Position numbers and translations under genes: made by a program. Positions 25,557-37,763 of a stretch of 64,000 nt of DNA are shown here, in pieces (the stretch's first letter is position 1; each line of letters starts with the position of its first letter). The DNA comes from Torpedo marmorata. Its lineage: Eukaryota. The stretch covers positions 92,628,001-92,692,000 of the forward strand of contig OZ360232.1 of the NCBI GenBank assembly GCA_977017645.1, in the 5' to 3' direction. The notes beneath the pieces are model-generated. The model was not told the origin of the DNA and did not search any database. It saw only the letters and a program-made list of their open reading frames with translations.

Positions 25557-27109
25557 AGAGATAGAGGGAGAGGTTTGAGTTGGGAGTGCGTTGAGATGAG
25601 GACATTTTGCACATTTGTAGTAATCCTCATGGTTCCATTGTTTACGGATATTTATTTACTGTAGTGCACATGCTGAAGAAGTGAAATCCAAAGAACTTTC
25701 CAAAGAGATTGGGACAGATACTTGAAACAAAAGCTGCACAGAACTATGAGGATAACTGGGAAGTTCAGACTGATTTGCTACCTTTCTCAAAGTGTTGGCT
25801 CAGCCACGGTCGTCTAACGACCTTCCTTTGCGCTGTATGATTTTATGACCATTTTAATGATGTTTTCAAAAGATTGACATCCATGAACTCACAAAACAAA
25901 TGTGCTTGCGAGTCTGCTGCTGAGATGTGGGAGCAGATTCAGTAATGCAAACAGTAGGAACTGGCAGATGGAGGCTCAAACACCCGAATTCACATTAAAA
26001 AGGACCAAATAATAAAAAAATAGTTCTTCAAGTTCTTGCTTGTGAGGGAAGCAGGCTTCAGTGAGGGATACAGGAGAGAAAGAGGGCAAACCAACCAGGG
26101 AACATAATGAATGAAGAATCAAAAGGCCAACACAAGACCTTTGTGTTGCTGCTGTTAGAATCTAGATTGACTGTTGTTCAAGCTCTTTGCTCGACACGAA
26201 ACTCGATTCTCCGCTGACAGAAACATCATTCTCAAACCTAGAAAGTTTCCTATTATTACTAAAGGAAAACATTTGAAGGAAAGAAATGGAATTATATATA
26301 TATAATAAACATTAAGAACTAAAAATTGCCTCAGTGACAGATATAGTTTTACCTTACTAGAGCAGCATTGTGCTTAATTTTTCTCTTGATATAGAACCAA
26401 ATTCACTCATTTTTTCTATCGCTTTGGTGAACGAACAAGGCATAGTTTGGGCAAGAGATCCCCTGATAAAGCAGTCAGCAGCGTAAACTGGTTGCTGAGA
26501 ATCTTTTCAAATTCAGTGCAAAATGTTCCATTTAATCCAGACCAAATAAGTTTTTTGTTTGCTTTAAGCTTCCTTATTATAGGAACTAAGGAATTAAAGC
26601 ATTAGGTTAGCTTCATCCAAAAATAAAATTTAAATTTTATGGATCTATTGGAGTTTTCAGGAAACTGAGTGTAGTTAAAATTTTTATAGACTTTTTATAA
26701 TTTAAAAATAATATTTGTAAAACCAAAAAGATTATTGACAATGGTTGGGGGAGGGTTGGTTCAAGTATATGAACAGGGTCTTATCTTTATGTCTGCATTT
26801 GTGTGTATCTGAATCTGTCTCTGCCTCTGTGTTGGTGTGTGTGTCTGTGCTGATGTCTGTTCCTCCCTGCACTTGTATCTTTGCCTATGTCTGTGTTTGT
26901 GCCTTTGTCTGTTTCCATACCTCTGTCTATGCCTGTGCCCTATATCTCTGCCTGCATCTGTATCGCTGTTCAGTGTCTATGCCTCTGCTTGTGTCTTCTC
27001 CTTTGTGCATGTTAGATCCCCAAGTTTTAAACAAAAATTCAGTGAGAACCAAGTGTGCATTTCAGAAATGGAAATCTGTGGGCAATGCCTTGTATGATTA
27101 TTTCAGTCA

Positions 27110-27482
27110 GACAGGGGAAAAAGGCCTTTTAGCCCAACTCATTTATGCTGATCAAGTTGACCATTGAGCTAGTTGCATTTACCTGCACTTGGCCCATATC
27201 CCTCTAAATATTTTCTGTTCATGTACCTGTCCAAATGTCTTTAAAATGTTGTAATTTTCCTCATCTCTACCACTTCCTCTGGCAGCTTATTCTAAACACC
27301 CACCACCCTCTATGTGATAAAGTTGCCTCTCATGTCCTATTTAAATCCCCCCTCCACCATCACCTTAAACCTAAGCCATCTAGTTTAGACTCCCCTGGGA
27401 AAAGGCTGAATCCATTCACCTTATCCATGCCCCCAAATGATTTTGTTATCTCTATAAGGTCATCCCTTAGCCTTCTCTGCTT
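27110..27482 (-). mobile_element. CR1 LINE 3' end
   Basis: GGCCCATATCCCTCTAAA..CACCACCCTC..TCTATAAGGTCATCCCTTAGCCTTC. Confidence 0.85.
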
Positions 27483-28269
27483 CATTGTGTTGAGCAGACA
27501 AATGCTTCGGCTGTGTTGAGTGTTATTTCCATTTTAAGCACTGTAATAGTACCTTTGTTGGGCTGGAAGACCAACCAGCACCGAAATCTCCTCTGAACAA
27601 TTACCTCCAATCTTCTGGAGCTGCTGACTTCATGGTTTAGGTGTGCTTCCAACAGTCCTCCGGGTACCTCCTGTAAGCCGGACAGCGATTCTGGGGGGTG
27701 GGCTGTTGTCATAGCAGTGTCTGACCCTGCCTAATCTCCTTGTTTATTCACCTGTGTGGCCTCCAGCAGAGGTTGCTAGTGAGTGACTGGGATGGGATCT
27801 CCTTCTTCAATGCAGGAGCACTGAAACAAATCCTAACTGAGGTTAGCGCACTCATCACAGACCAATAATTACGGGTCCTTCCTGCTTTGAACAGGTTTTT
27901 TAAATATCAAATTTAAACTTTATTCACAACAATCTCTCTCTCCCCCTCCCCCACTCTGTGTAGTGTGTCTATAGAAAGGAAAACAAGTGCAAAGATTCTT
28001 TACCTTCTTCGTGTCATTTATTCTATACACTTTGTATATACATGCATATCTATGTGTTTGTGTGCACATATAAACATTTATTCATCTTTTTATATTTATT
28101 ATGTTTTCTGCCTTGGCATATTGTGGTAATTTAATGAATACTATTGCAGATGGTGTATCTTGCGCACCTGTGTGGCTGCAGCGAGATGCAGAATTTCGGA
28201 GCATCTGGACGTTGTACAATGTGTATGATAATAGGCTCTCTCCTCACCCCATTGTTCACTCTATAGTGC

Positions 28270-28530
28270 TGTGGTAAACCACTGTATTTGTATTGGTGTG
28301 TTGTGGTGTGCTCTGGTATTGCAGGCCGGACTGATACCTACTCCCTCCCCTCCCTTGGGTGTCCAGGTAATCCCTCCCCCTTCCTCACCTGGTAAAAGGC
28401 CACTGTATTTGGCCCACCCTCTTCAGTCCGGATCTGATCGAGTGAGAAGCACAGCTCATTTCTTAGATAATAAAAGCCTATGATTCACTCGCTCTCACAG
28501 TCTTTGAGTAATCATTGATAAGGCCTATCA
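28270..28530 (+). mobile_element. Solo LTR (261 bp) of an LTR retrotransposon
   Basis: TG...CA termini with a perfect 5-bp TSD AGTGC at 28265-28269 and 28531-28535. Internal TATA-like TAAAAGG near 28393 and AATAAA at 28469. Confidence 0.85.
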
Positions 28531-30361
28531 AGTGCATTCCGGTTCCGTTCACAGTCGTTGCGTCCTTCTCTTCCCTGCGTAGCACCACTGCCTCTCGGTT
28601 GTTCGGGGGGCTTCCCCATCGGACTCATCCACCCGTGGAATTAATTGTGGGAGACAGACGGCAGGCGTGCTGACACTTCCACGGGTGGCACACTCTGGCC
28701 TTTTTTTTTTAAACGTGGGAACCACGCTCTTCCACTATCGCCCAGCCTCTGCACGACTGAATGGCCGAGCCCAGAATGACAATTGCCTCCGTTGTTTACG
28801 TGTGAGTGTGGTGGATTTGCAGGGTTCTGTAGGTGAGGTCAGGCCACATGATGGAAAATTCCCACACCCGCATGATCAAGATGATCGGAAACAGGAAACC
28901 AAGGGGGATAATATATTTCAGTGCGCGGATGGCAGAAGAGAAAACAGGGCATCTTGTGAAAGGTCACTCAGCTGATGAGGGAGGTTACAGACTTCATTGT
29001 TGGCTATAGAAGCAAGGTTTTTTTTATGGGGGTTCTGTTTGTTTATTACTCGACGTGACCCGCTGATATGGAAGCTGTCACCCATTGTGTCGCTAATGCT
29101 GCTTTACATTGCAAATCTGGTAGCTGCTCCGAGCATTGGGCAGCAGCCGTGTGGCTTTCCCTCGCCCTGCACCCTGCAAGCCTCGTTGTCATGCACTGCG
29201 TTACTGCCGGTAAGAAGTTTGGATCTGCTGAATTTGCACCAGGGTGCAAATGTGCCCTCTGTTCGCAGCATCAAACGAGAGTCTGTTCGCCATTAATCAC
29301 CCCAGCTAATTGCTCATCTTCACCATCACCCATATGGTGCGAAACCAACCTGTCTTTCGCGGAGGAACACCATTCATAGTTTCAGGAGAGACCCAGTTTT
29401 AACTTTCAGAGAAACTCTTGGCACTAGCGCACAGCACATTAAAATATGAATATCGTGCATGGTGTATCACGTTACATCACATGTGTTATGACAACCGCTC
29501 AAAATAAGGTTGATTGACCGCATCTACCCAAGGGCCGTTCTTGAGTCCTGATGATAATGAACACACAATGATTTGACAACTCCTGAGTTCCATGTTAAAA
29601 GGCCAGAGGCCTCCCTGTTGCTCAGCGATTTAGAGCCTTTCCCCGCTCCGTGCAGAATGCACTGATTCAGCATATTATTCTTCTGCTGGTTTTTAAACAC
29701 GTTCAGGGATCGATGTCTAAGTGTGGAGACCGGGCGAACAAGTACAATGAGCGCCAGATTTACAAGCCGCATAAGACACCTATAAATATGCTTGTAATTC
29801 TGATCAGAAGAGGGAGCTAGGCATTGACTGCCATCTCGATTAAAACATAGAAAGGAAACAAAAAAAAGTCACAGATGTCCTTCCCCCCCCCCCCCCCCCG
29901 CCCCCCCCCCGCCCCCCCCCCCGCCTCTCCTCCACCCCAGCCTGTGGATTAGTCGATCACAGCTGCAGAAGCTCGTCTCTCTGCGCTCTGCCAACTGTGG
30001 AGGGAACAAAACAGGCAAGGTTTCCGCTGATGGTCTTTCCCCATTCACCCCTGGCGAACCTGCCTTTCAGAGAATTGCCCAGCAAGTGTCACACGGAATC
30101 CGCCTGTCCTGCCTATCCGATTGTTGCTGCCTCACATGGTCCCATTTGCCCGACTTCACCTGCTGGGATGGCCAAGGCCAGGGTCTGTGGCTCGCTGCTG
30201 CCCCTGTTGGCGTAAACATGGAGAAAGACCTTTGGCTGAGGCATTCATAGCTGCAGGGGAGTCAGGCCCAAGCGTATGAGGAGCAGGGAAAATGAGTCGA
30301 CGACTGCAACAACAATTTTCATTTCTGTAGCACCTACGGCATGGAGGCATATCCCAAAGCT

Positions 30362-31200
30362 CTTCAAGATTCTTTTTTTATTGTCATGTAATAAAACAGA
30401 AAATGTGATATTGCACAACATTTCCTTTAGCCTAAAGTAAGGCAGACAAAGATTTGCCATCAGCATAAATTGCCAGGTGCCCCTTACACTCAGAGAAAGA
30501 GAAGCAAAAGAGAGTCCCTTCAGAGTTGCTGAGTGTCCGTGGATTCACCTCCAGTGCTTTGGCAGCCTCCGTGGCCACACAGCCTTCAGTCCAAACCATC
30601 GGCCACCCGAGCTCCAGATCCACTCCGCTAACACGATCAGGAAGCCCTCAGCGCCCTCGGCACCCTCTCTCATCCTGGTTCCGATACCTGGTACCCTTTC
30701 AGCCAGTCTTGAGCCAGTCTCCAGCAGCCTGCAGCCTGGTGTGAGTCCTTTGACCGCAGTCGACAGCAGCCCGCAGCCTGTGTGGGTTCCTCGCCTGGAG
30801 TCACCAACAGCACGACACCAGCGTGTTCTTCAGTCTCAGAGCCCCTCGCTGGTCGTGGTCACCGTCCCATGGGTCGTCTCCTCTGCTTCTCCTTTTCAAA
30901 CGGAAGATGGTCTCCCCGTTTTCTGGTGCCCTGCACCAGTCTTCTGCCTGCACGGAGTGTGCAAACCCCTTGTGAGCATAGGTGCCGCCATCTTGGGCCC
31001 AGACCCCGCGGTCACAGGGTTTTAAAATAAACCACCATCAGCTCCTTTAACAGGCCGTTTAAAGCCTGTACGGAGCTGACAGCAGTTGAACTGGGTGTTT
31101 GGACCCTGCAGGGACGCTCTGTGTCTCCGCTCCCTGTTCTCCATGGGTCCACACCAGCGGCAGCACTGCCATTACAGCAGTTCCGACAGTGCTGCCATTT
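30362..31200 (-). mobile_element. Non-autonomous GC-rich retroelement with Rex1-type tail, copy 1
   Basis: Reverse complement is homologous along its length to 32825-33640. Tail TCAAGATTC..TTTATTGTCAT at the left end; 5' end AAATGGCAGCAC on the minus strand. Confidence 0.8.
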
Positions 31201-31269
31201 TTTTCTTATTGGACGGGCATTACTTCTGAGCAGTTGTCATGGGTCATGCAATATGGCTCTTTGATCTAT

Positions 31270-31570
31270 TGAGTCCATGGTAACTATCAAGCACCCCTTT
31301 ACACTAATCCTGCTCCCCACATCAGCTCTCCTCTCCTCCCCCACCCCAATTCCATTCTCCCACAGTCACCTACACCAGGGACAGCGAGCAACCAACCTGC
31401 CAACTCGCGTGCCTTTTGAATGTGAGAGGAAAGTGGAGCAGGCGGAGAGGGTGGGAAAATCAGGAGATCACAGGGCGGATGTGCACACTCCACACAGACA
31501 GCGGCAGAGGTCAGGATTGAACTCTGGTGTCTGGAGATGTGATGCGGTGACTCTACCCACTGTGCCACCC
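31270..31570 (-). mobile_element. V-SINE (diverged)
   Basis: GAATGTGAGAGGAAAGTGGAGCA..CACTCCACACAGACAGC..AGGATTGAAC..CACTGTGCCAC. Confidence 0.75.
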
Positions 31571-31650
31571 ACGAAAGAAGGCATTAGGAGGGGCAACCAA
31601 AATCCCAAGCTAAGAGGTGGATTTCTAGGGGTGTCTTGCAAGGGAAAAGA

Positions 31651-31812
31651 GAGGTAAATAATGCAAAGAGGTCTACAATGAGAATTCGTCCCTTAGACCA
31701 GTTGTGGAGGTAAATAATGCAAAGAGGTCTACGACGAGAATTCTACCCTAAGCCCAGTTGTGGAGGTAAATATTGCAAAGAGGTCTACGATGAGAATTCT
31801 ACCCTAAGCCAG
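31651..31812 (+). repeat. 56-bp tandem repeat, about 3 copies
   Basis: GAGGTAAATAWTGCAAAGAGGTCTAC.. units start at 31651, 31707 and 31763. Confidence 0.9.
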
Positions 31813-32824
31813 GTTGCAAAGACTATGCTTCAGAAAATCAAGATGCATTCTTACATCTAACACTTTGTCCCTCTAGCTTCCTGCTCATTCTGTATGCTTT
31901 GGGTGGTGGGGAGGGGTGGGGGGAAACAGTAGTTGGACAAAATGTCTCATGGTACAGCCCAGAAGCCTCAGCATGTGCTGTTCTATATGGTCTTTTCTCT
32001 TACATTTCTCCTCCCATTGAACAAATTAGATCGGGACTGCAGGACTTTTCAAAAGTCTGCTTCACACTTCCTTTTGTCTGGTGCTTTGCTGTGCATCTCA
32101 GCCTTCCAACAGAGTGTGCCTGTCCTCTTGAGAACAATGGTAATTTTACCCCTATCTCCCTTCCCAAAGGCAAATTGCCAGAAATGGATTTGCTTCTGCA
32201 GATCCTTGGATACTGATCAGCAGTGTTTTGTCCTTCCAGCTCTTTCGAGTGCTGAGGTAATTGTAATTTTTAAAACATTGAGCCAGCAAGCATCAACTAA
32301 CCGAGCAGCGATTGGAATCACACTGCAGACCCAACGACATGTGTAGTGGACTCAGGCTGTCTCTACGTAATCGCTGGTGACATTCTTCTTTAATAAAGTA
32401 TTGTCCCAGTGAGGTACAAAAGCTGCTTTCCACTTGACAGGTTGGTGGAAGTCATTGCTGAGTGTCAATACATTATGGGCTCCTTTCTGATACATGTATC
32501 TTCAGATGTGAAAACCATTGCATTCTGCTCTATCGAAGCACGCATCAAGGAAATGCAGGAGTAATGAACCTTGACATAAGGAGAGTGTTGGACCAAGGAG
32601 CCCGAGGTAATTTGAGGCCAATGGGCATCACTGAGAAAACCTTCCACTGATCAGAGTAAAACCTTGTACAAAGGTTTGTGATGTTGGAGGTCAATAATCC
32701 CATCACCAGGGTATTATTGCAATGTCCTAGGCGCAGCCATCTTCTACTACTTGCATTCATGACATTCGTGCAGACAAAAGGTCAGAAATGGGGATGTCAT
32801 GTGTCATGTGACGCCAGTGACATC

Positions 32825-33640
32825 ATGGCGGCACTGCTGGAGCTGTTGTAGCGGCAGTGCTGCCGCTGGTGCAGACCCGCGGGGAGCGAGGGATCGGAGA
32901 TGCAGCGCTCCCACGGGGTCCAGCTGCCCAGTCGACTGCTATCAGCTCCGCAAGCGCTTTGAACGGCCCGTTGAGGGAGCCGATGGTGGTTTTCATTGAG
33001 ATCCCGTGACCACGGGGTCTGCGCCCAAGATGGCAGCGCCTTTTAACCGGCAGCAGCCACGAGGGGCTGCAGACTCCGTGGAAGCGGAGGACTGGAGCAG
33101 GGCACCAGAGGACGGGAAGATCACCCCCCGTCTGAGAAGGAGAAGCAGAGGAGACGACCCACAGGATGGTGACCACGGCGGCGGACCAGTGAGGGGCTCT
33201 GAGGCTGAAGGACCAGTGCATGCGGCGGGCTGCTGGCGACTCGAGGCGAGGAACCCGCAGAGGCTGTGGGCTGCTGGAGACTGCTGTCGGGGGACTCACG
33301 CCAGGCTGCGGACTGCTGGAGGCTGGCTCGAAATGGCTGGAGGAGTCTGACTGTGTCGGAGGTTCGGATATGGAGCTCTGGTTGCCGATGGTCTGGACTG
33401 GACTCTGTGTGGCTGCGGAAGCACTGGAGGCGAATCTATGGACACTCGGTGACTCTGGGGGGGATTCTCTTTTGCTTCTCTTTCTCTGACTGTAAGGAAT
33501 GTTAGAGACGCTTAGGCAGTTTCTGCCGGTGGCGAATCTGTCTGCCTTGCAGCAGGTAAAAAGAAATTTCATGGAATATGACACTGTCTTATTACTATGA
33601 CAATAAATTGAATCTTGATCTTGAATCTTGATCTTGATGT
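32825..33640 (+). mobile_element. Non-autonomous GC-rich retroelement with Rex1-type tail, copy 2
   Basis: Starts ATGGCGGCACTG, has internal CCCAAGATGGCAGCGCC, and ends ATGACAATAAA followed by a (TCTTGA)n-type tandem tail. Confidence 0.8.
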
Positions 33641-33940
33641 TCACTGAGGATTGCACTGTTAATTTCTATTAACAAATGAAGCAGCCCATGTCTCCACTGA
33701 GCGAGACCTGAACAGGTTTCTAACTGTGGTACTGTAATGGTTACCACTCCTTTGAGGGAGCATGGGACTGGGAAAAGTGCATGCAGATGAGTGAGGTCAT
33801 TGGTGTCATGGACTGCTTCTGGCTCCCTGGATGACCTCCGAGGTGGAGGATCACTGGAGGTTGAGAGATCTGGCGGAATGCCCAGCAACTTTCCCATTGA
33901 ATTCGACCACTGCTGTGGCACTGCCAAAAGCCAGGGTCTA

Positions 33941-34935
33941 TCAAGTCAAGTCAAGTTTATTGTCATCTGATTGCACAAGTACATCCAGAGAAGCTGCGTT
34001 CTCCAGTCCTCGGTGCAAAACACGCAGACACACAACCAGACATTACACACAGACAAACAATACATATGCAGGACACGTATTCATCTATACAAATAAATAA
34101 ATAAATATTGTTTCACGAATTTGAGAATTTCGGATGGTTAATATGAGCAGTTCCTTTGGCCGTTCAGCATTCTCATTGCCCGTGGGAAGAAGCTGTTCCT
34201 CAGCCTGGGGGTGCTGGCTCTGATACTCCTGTATCTCTTTCCCGACGGGGGAAGCTGAAAGATGCTGTGTGCAGGGTGGAAGGGGTCCTCAATGATTTTG
34301 CGCGCCCTCTTCAGTCAACGATCCCGGTAGATCACATCGATGGGGGGGGGGGAGCGAGAGGGAGACTCCAGTGATCCTCTCCGCCACTCTTATGGGCCTG
34401 TGGATTGACCTCCGATCCATTTTTCTGCAGCAACCGTACCACACTGTGATGCAGCCGACCAGGACGTTCTGGATAGAGCTCCTATACAAGGTTGACATAA
34501 TGGTGGTCGGTAGCCTTGCCCGCTTCAGTCTTCTCAGGAAGTGCAGTCGCTGTTGCACCTTCCTGACAAGTGAGGAGATGTTGACTGTCCACAATAGATC
34601 ACTAGTTAAGTGAACTCCAACAAACTTGGTGCTCTCCACTCTCTCCACTAGAGAGTTGTTGATGTGTAGTATAGGGTGGTAGTTCCTGGTCCTCCTGAAG
34701 TCCACGATCATCTCCTTTGTCTTGTCCATGTTGAGTGTCATGTTGTTTTTCTCGACCCTATCATGAGATTTTCCACCTCTTCTCTGTAGTGCAACTCATC
34801 GTTGTTGCTCATGAGGCCAACTACTGTTGTGTCATCTGCAAACTTGATGACTCTCTTGGAGCTGGATCTGGCAATGCAGTTGTGGGTCAGTAGCATGAAC
34901 AGGAGTGGGCTGAGCACACAGCCCTGAGGTGTGCT
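33941..34935 (-). mobile_element. Rex1/Babar LINE, 5'-truncated (RT C-terminal half plus 3'UTR)
   Basis: PQGCVLSPLLF..KFADDTTVVGL and LNMDKTKEMIVDFRR..QRLHFLRRLK..GCITVWYG, with a (TCAAG)n tail at 33941-33956. Frameshifted. Confidence 0.92.
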
Positions 34936-35758
34936 CAGATCAACATCACCGGGGAATGTCCTTGTCCACGACATTGGAAATGTGCCATCAGGTGGTAGAA
35001 TACAATGGTCATGTGCTCAGTGCCAGATTATTAATGGTGCCCCATCTTCTGAGAGTCATGAGGAACATGATGTAGCAGATGTGATATTACAGAACTATTG
35101 CTACATACACTGCTTCTGATAAGATACAAGAGTGATATCCTTTACAGTGGAGAATGTGGTAATCCGGTTCTTGTATTACTCACTTTCTGGAAGAAACAGA
35201 AATGTTGTACAGGAAAAGTAGAACATTCATAGCCAAAGAGATTTAACTCTTTAGCTTCCACAACCTCTCCTTAAACACAGTGCAATATTGCAACCTTTGA
35301 AATAGAACTTCTAAACGAGAGAATGGCAGTTAGTGACTGGTATTTAGCTGAGGAGTGTTCACCATCTGTGATGAATGTAAAACGAGAATCAGAGATTGCT
35401 GAGGAGGTTTACTCCATCCATTGTTCTGAGAAGGGCCTGCTTACCTGCCTCAGGTGAGTCCTGCTTTGCCGCACACCTTTACAAAGGCATCTTTTGACTC
35501 CCTAATTGTCACCAGCTGTCCAGGGGAAGTGGGAAGTAGTAATTTTCCCAAATGCATCCTTGGTCTCCCACTGATTCCTACCTGTTGTTGTGCCTGGCAA
35601 TAGATTTGGCAGTAGTTACTCGACTATTATGTGGTTGTTAAATTATGCCTACTTTAGCTGTTCAGTGCAGTGAGGAAAGACATCAGTAATTTAAGCCATA
35701 CGCAGCAATTGTTCAACACTGATTTCCACATTCTCCCTGTCTTCTCCCCCTCCTACAG

Positions 35759-35827
35759 TCGCTGCTGTGACAAGAAAAGTTGTGGCAACAGGAATGAGAC
35801 GCCGTCGGACCCAGTGATAATTGACAG
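35759..35827 (+). CDS. ebf1: EBF1-like coding exon 6 (69 nt), second half of the zinc knuckle; gene continues beyond the window
   Basis: Polypyrimidine tract and acceptor CTACAG|T. Encodes (S)[22 protein letters not shown](R). Donor AG|GTACGG. Completes the COE H-x3-C-x2-C-x5-C motif. Confidence 0.96.
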
Positions 35828-37763
35828 GTACGGACAATTGTTTGTTATTGATTATTGTGTGACACCTGCCTCTGCAAGTGGTGATGGCCTATTGGCTGGT
35901 TACTATTGTGTGCATGCACACGCGTTTGATTTCAAATGTGTATCTACAAAGTTCTCCTTCGTTCTGTTTTGTGTGTTGTAATTGCCCTATTTATGTTAGA
36001 CCAGCTTGGAAGTTTTCTGGTGTTTTGTGTTCCCCAGTGCATTGGGACAATTTGCTATGTTTAAGGTGCTAAATAAATACAAGTTGTTGCTGTTAGAAAT
36101 TGGAGCTCTCGTTGATTTAACAAAGGAATTGTTCATGGTTAAAGATTCTCCCTCTCCTTGGTTTTCCATGTTTATTGCTTTTGGCTATTGTATGCATTCA
36201 TTTGTAGATATCTGAATATGTGAACAAATATATGTATGTTGTCTATATATCTAAATGAATATAAACCCTCTGGTTTGTTATTTGGAAGAGTTAGAATCAG
36301 CCGAAGGATTGAGAGGTGATAAGAGATGAGAACCTTCAAAACAATTCCCGAATGGCCTGCTTTTTTATAACATTGTAGTGTGCATTGTTACTGGACACAT
36401 TTCGCTAAGTGGACCCTCATCCAGCTCTCTGTTAGAAAATGCACTGATGACCTCTGAGTAGAAATGGTTCGATGTGCCAGCATCATAAAGGGAGGAACAA
36501 GTCTCCACGCTCAGTGGGGAAAATGGAGATGAACAGGCATTTCCCTTGCTGGCTGCGAATCAAGTGAATTTTAATGGAGAGCGATGTGTGATGTTGGCTG
36601 AGGTCCTGGCCAGGTTGATACTGGAGTGGCTAGCTGTTGGCACCTGTGTTTGAGAACTGGACACATGGTCAAGGTGTCAAAGGTGAGAGTGCTCTAAGGT
36701 ACTGTACTTCATTGCACGTTAACACCTTCAGGAAAACAAGGAACACTTTTGGATTGCATATTATGGTAATGTTGAAGAGCAATAGGCAGAAGCAGACCAC
36801 ATGTGCTTGGTATGGTGTACGCACTAAGCTATGGAACACGGAAAGCTAGGGGTAAAGATTATGGTTCAGTGGAGTATTATTGAAAGTGCCGTATGCACTC
36901 TGTGTGCATGTATAGATTGACACATTAATCATAGTTACCGCTGTATGAGGAAGACTGCTGTCAGTCATTTCTTCAGTGAGACAACGAAGTTTGTGATAGG
37001 ACAGGATCACTGGAAGGTAGAGAGGTGATCCTGACTTCTGATTCGCACTCTCGGCAGGCCTGTCACTATGTGCACTGTGGTCCGGAGAAATGTTGTTTCG
37101 TCTGGTTGTATGTGTACAGCCAAATGATAGTAAACTTGAACAGAGGGGTGGAGTTTCTCTCTGCCAACAAGGTACCATGCTTTCCAGTGCAACATTTTCC
37201 ATAAGAACAAAGTGGAACAGACATCGGTAGCTCATTCATGTTGTGACTGAACCAAGTGCAGAACGGTTAATGCAGCCATGGACTGAAATCTCTGGGGAAA
37301 TGTATGCTGGGGTGCTTGGATACATTCTCTCCTTCTTGGGAGATTGTCAACTTTTTAGAGGCATCTTATGACTGTGAGCTTCTTCCAGCTGGATAATGTT
37401 ATTGGCTGCATCCTCAGAGTGTGTTAGAGTCTGTAAGTTTTTAAATCTTTTCAATTAATTGCAACATTATGATATGCCAGATCCTTACAAGAGAAGGGGG
37501 CAGACAATTTCCAGTGCATGTTTCAACTGGGGCTGTTTTTGCACTGACCACGGTGTTGTGGCTGGGGGTGATGCAATGGTGTGAGTTGAACGTCACAACC
37601 CCACCCCTCTCCCAACCCCATTCATCACTTCTGACAGAAAATGGACATTCTGCCGATTCGCATGGAAATAATCTCTCAGTTTCCCAAATGTCAGCGCACC
37701 CAATGGGAAGATGAGGGAGGTGGGATTGGGAAATGCAGGATGTGGGAATGAGGAAGGGTAGGG

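Noticed and set aside
25043-25664. His/Thr-rich and Cys/Val-rich ORFs (also 45793-46170 and 26745-27167)
   Set aside because: Translations of TG/CA microsatellites.
27391-27400. Perfect EBF palindrome TCCCCTGGGA as an autoregulatory site
   Set aside because: It lies inside a CR1 remnant, and about one match to an 8-fixed-base palindrome is expected by chance in 64 kb. The near match ATTCCCTTGGGG at 22158 is likewise unsupported.
32823-33656. 277-aa Ser/Pro-rich ORF (and the 182-aa ORF at 30477-31025) as a novel gene
   Set aside because: Both are antisense to a repeated GC-rich element, have no recognisable domain, and their start and stop positions differ between the copies. Open frames are expected in GC-rich DNA.
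36030-36095. Deu-SINE/L2-like tails (AGGTGCTAWATAAAT[A/G]CA; also about 60340-60380) as exapted ancient elements
   Set aside because: Too short and diverged to assign a family or function from sequence alone.
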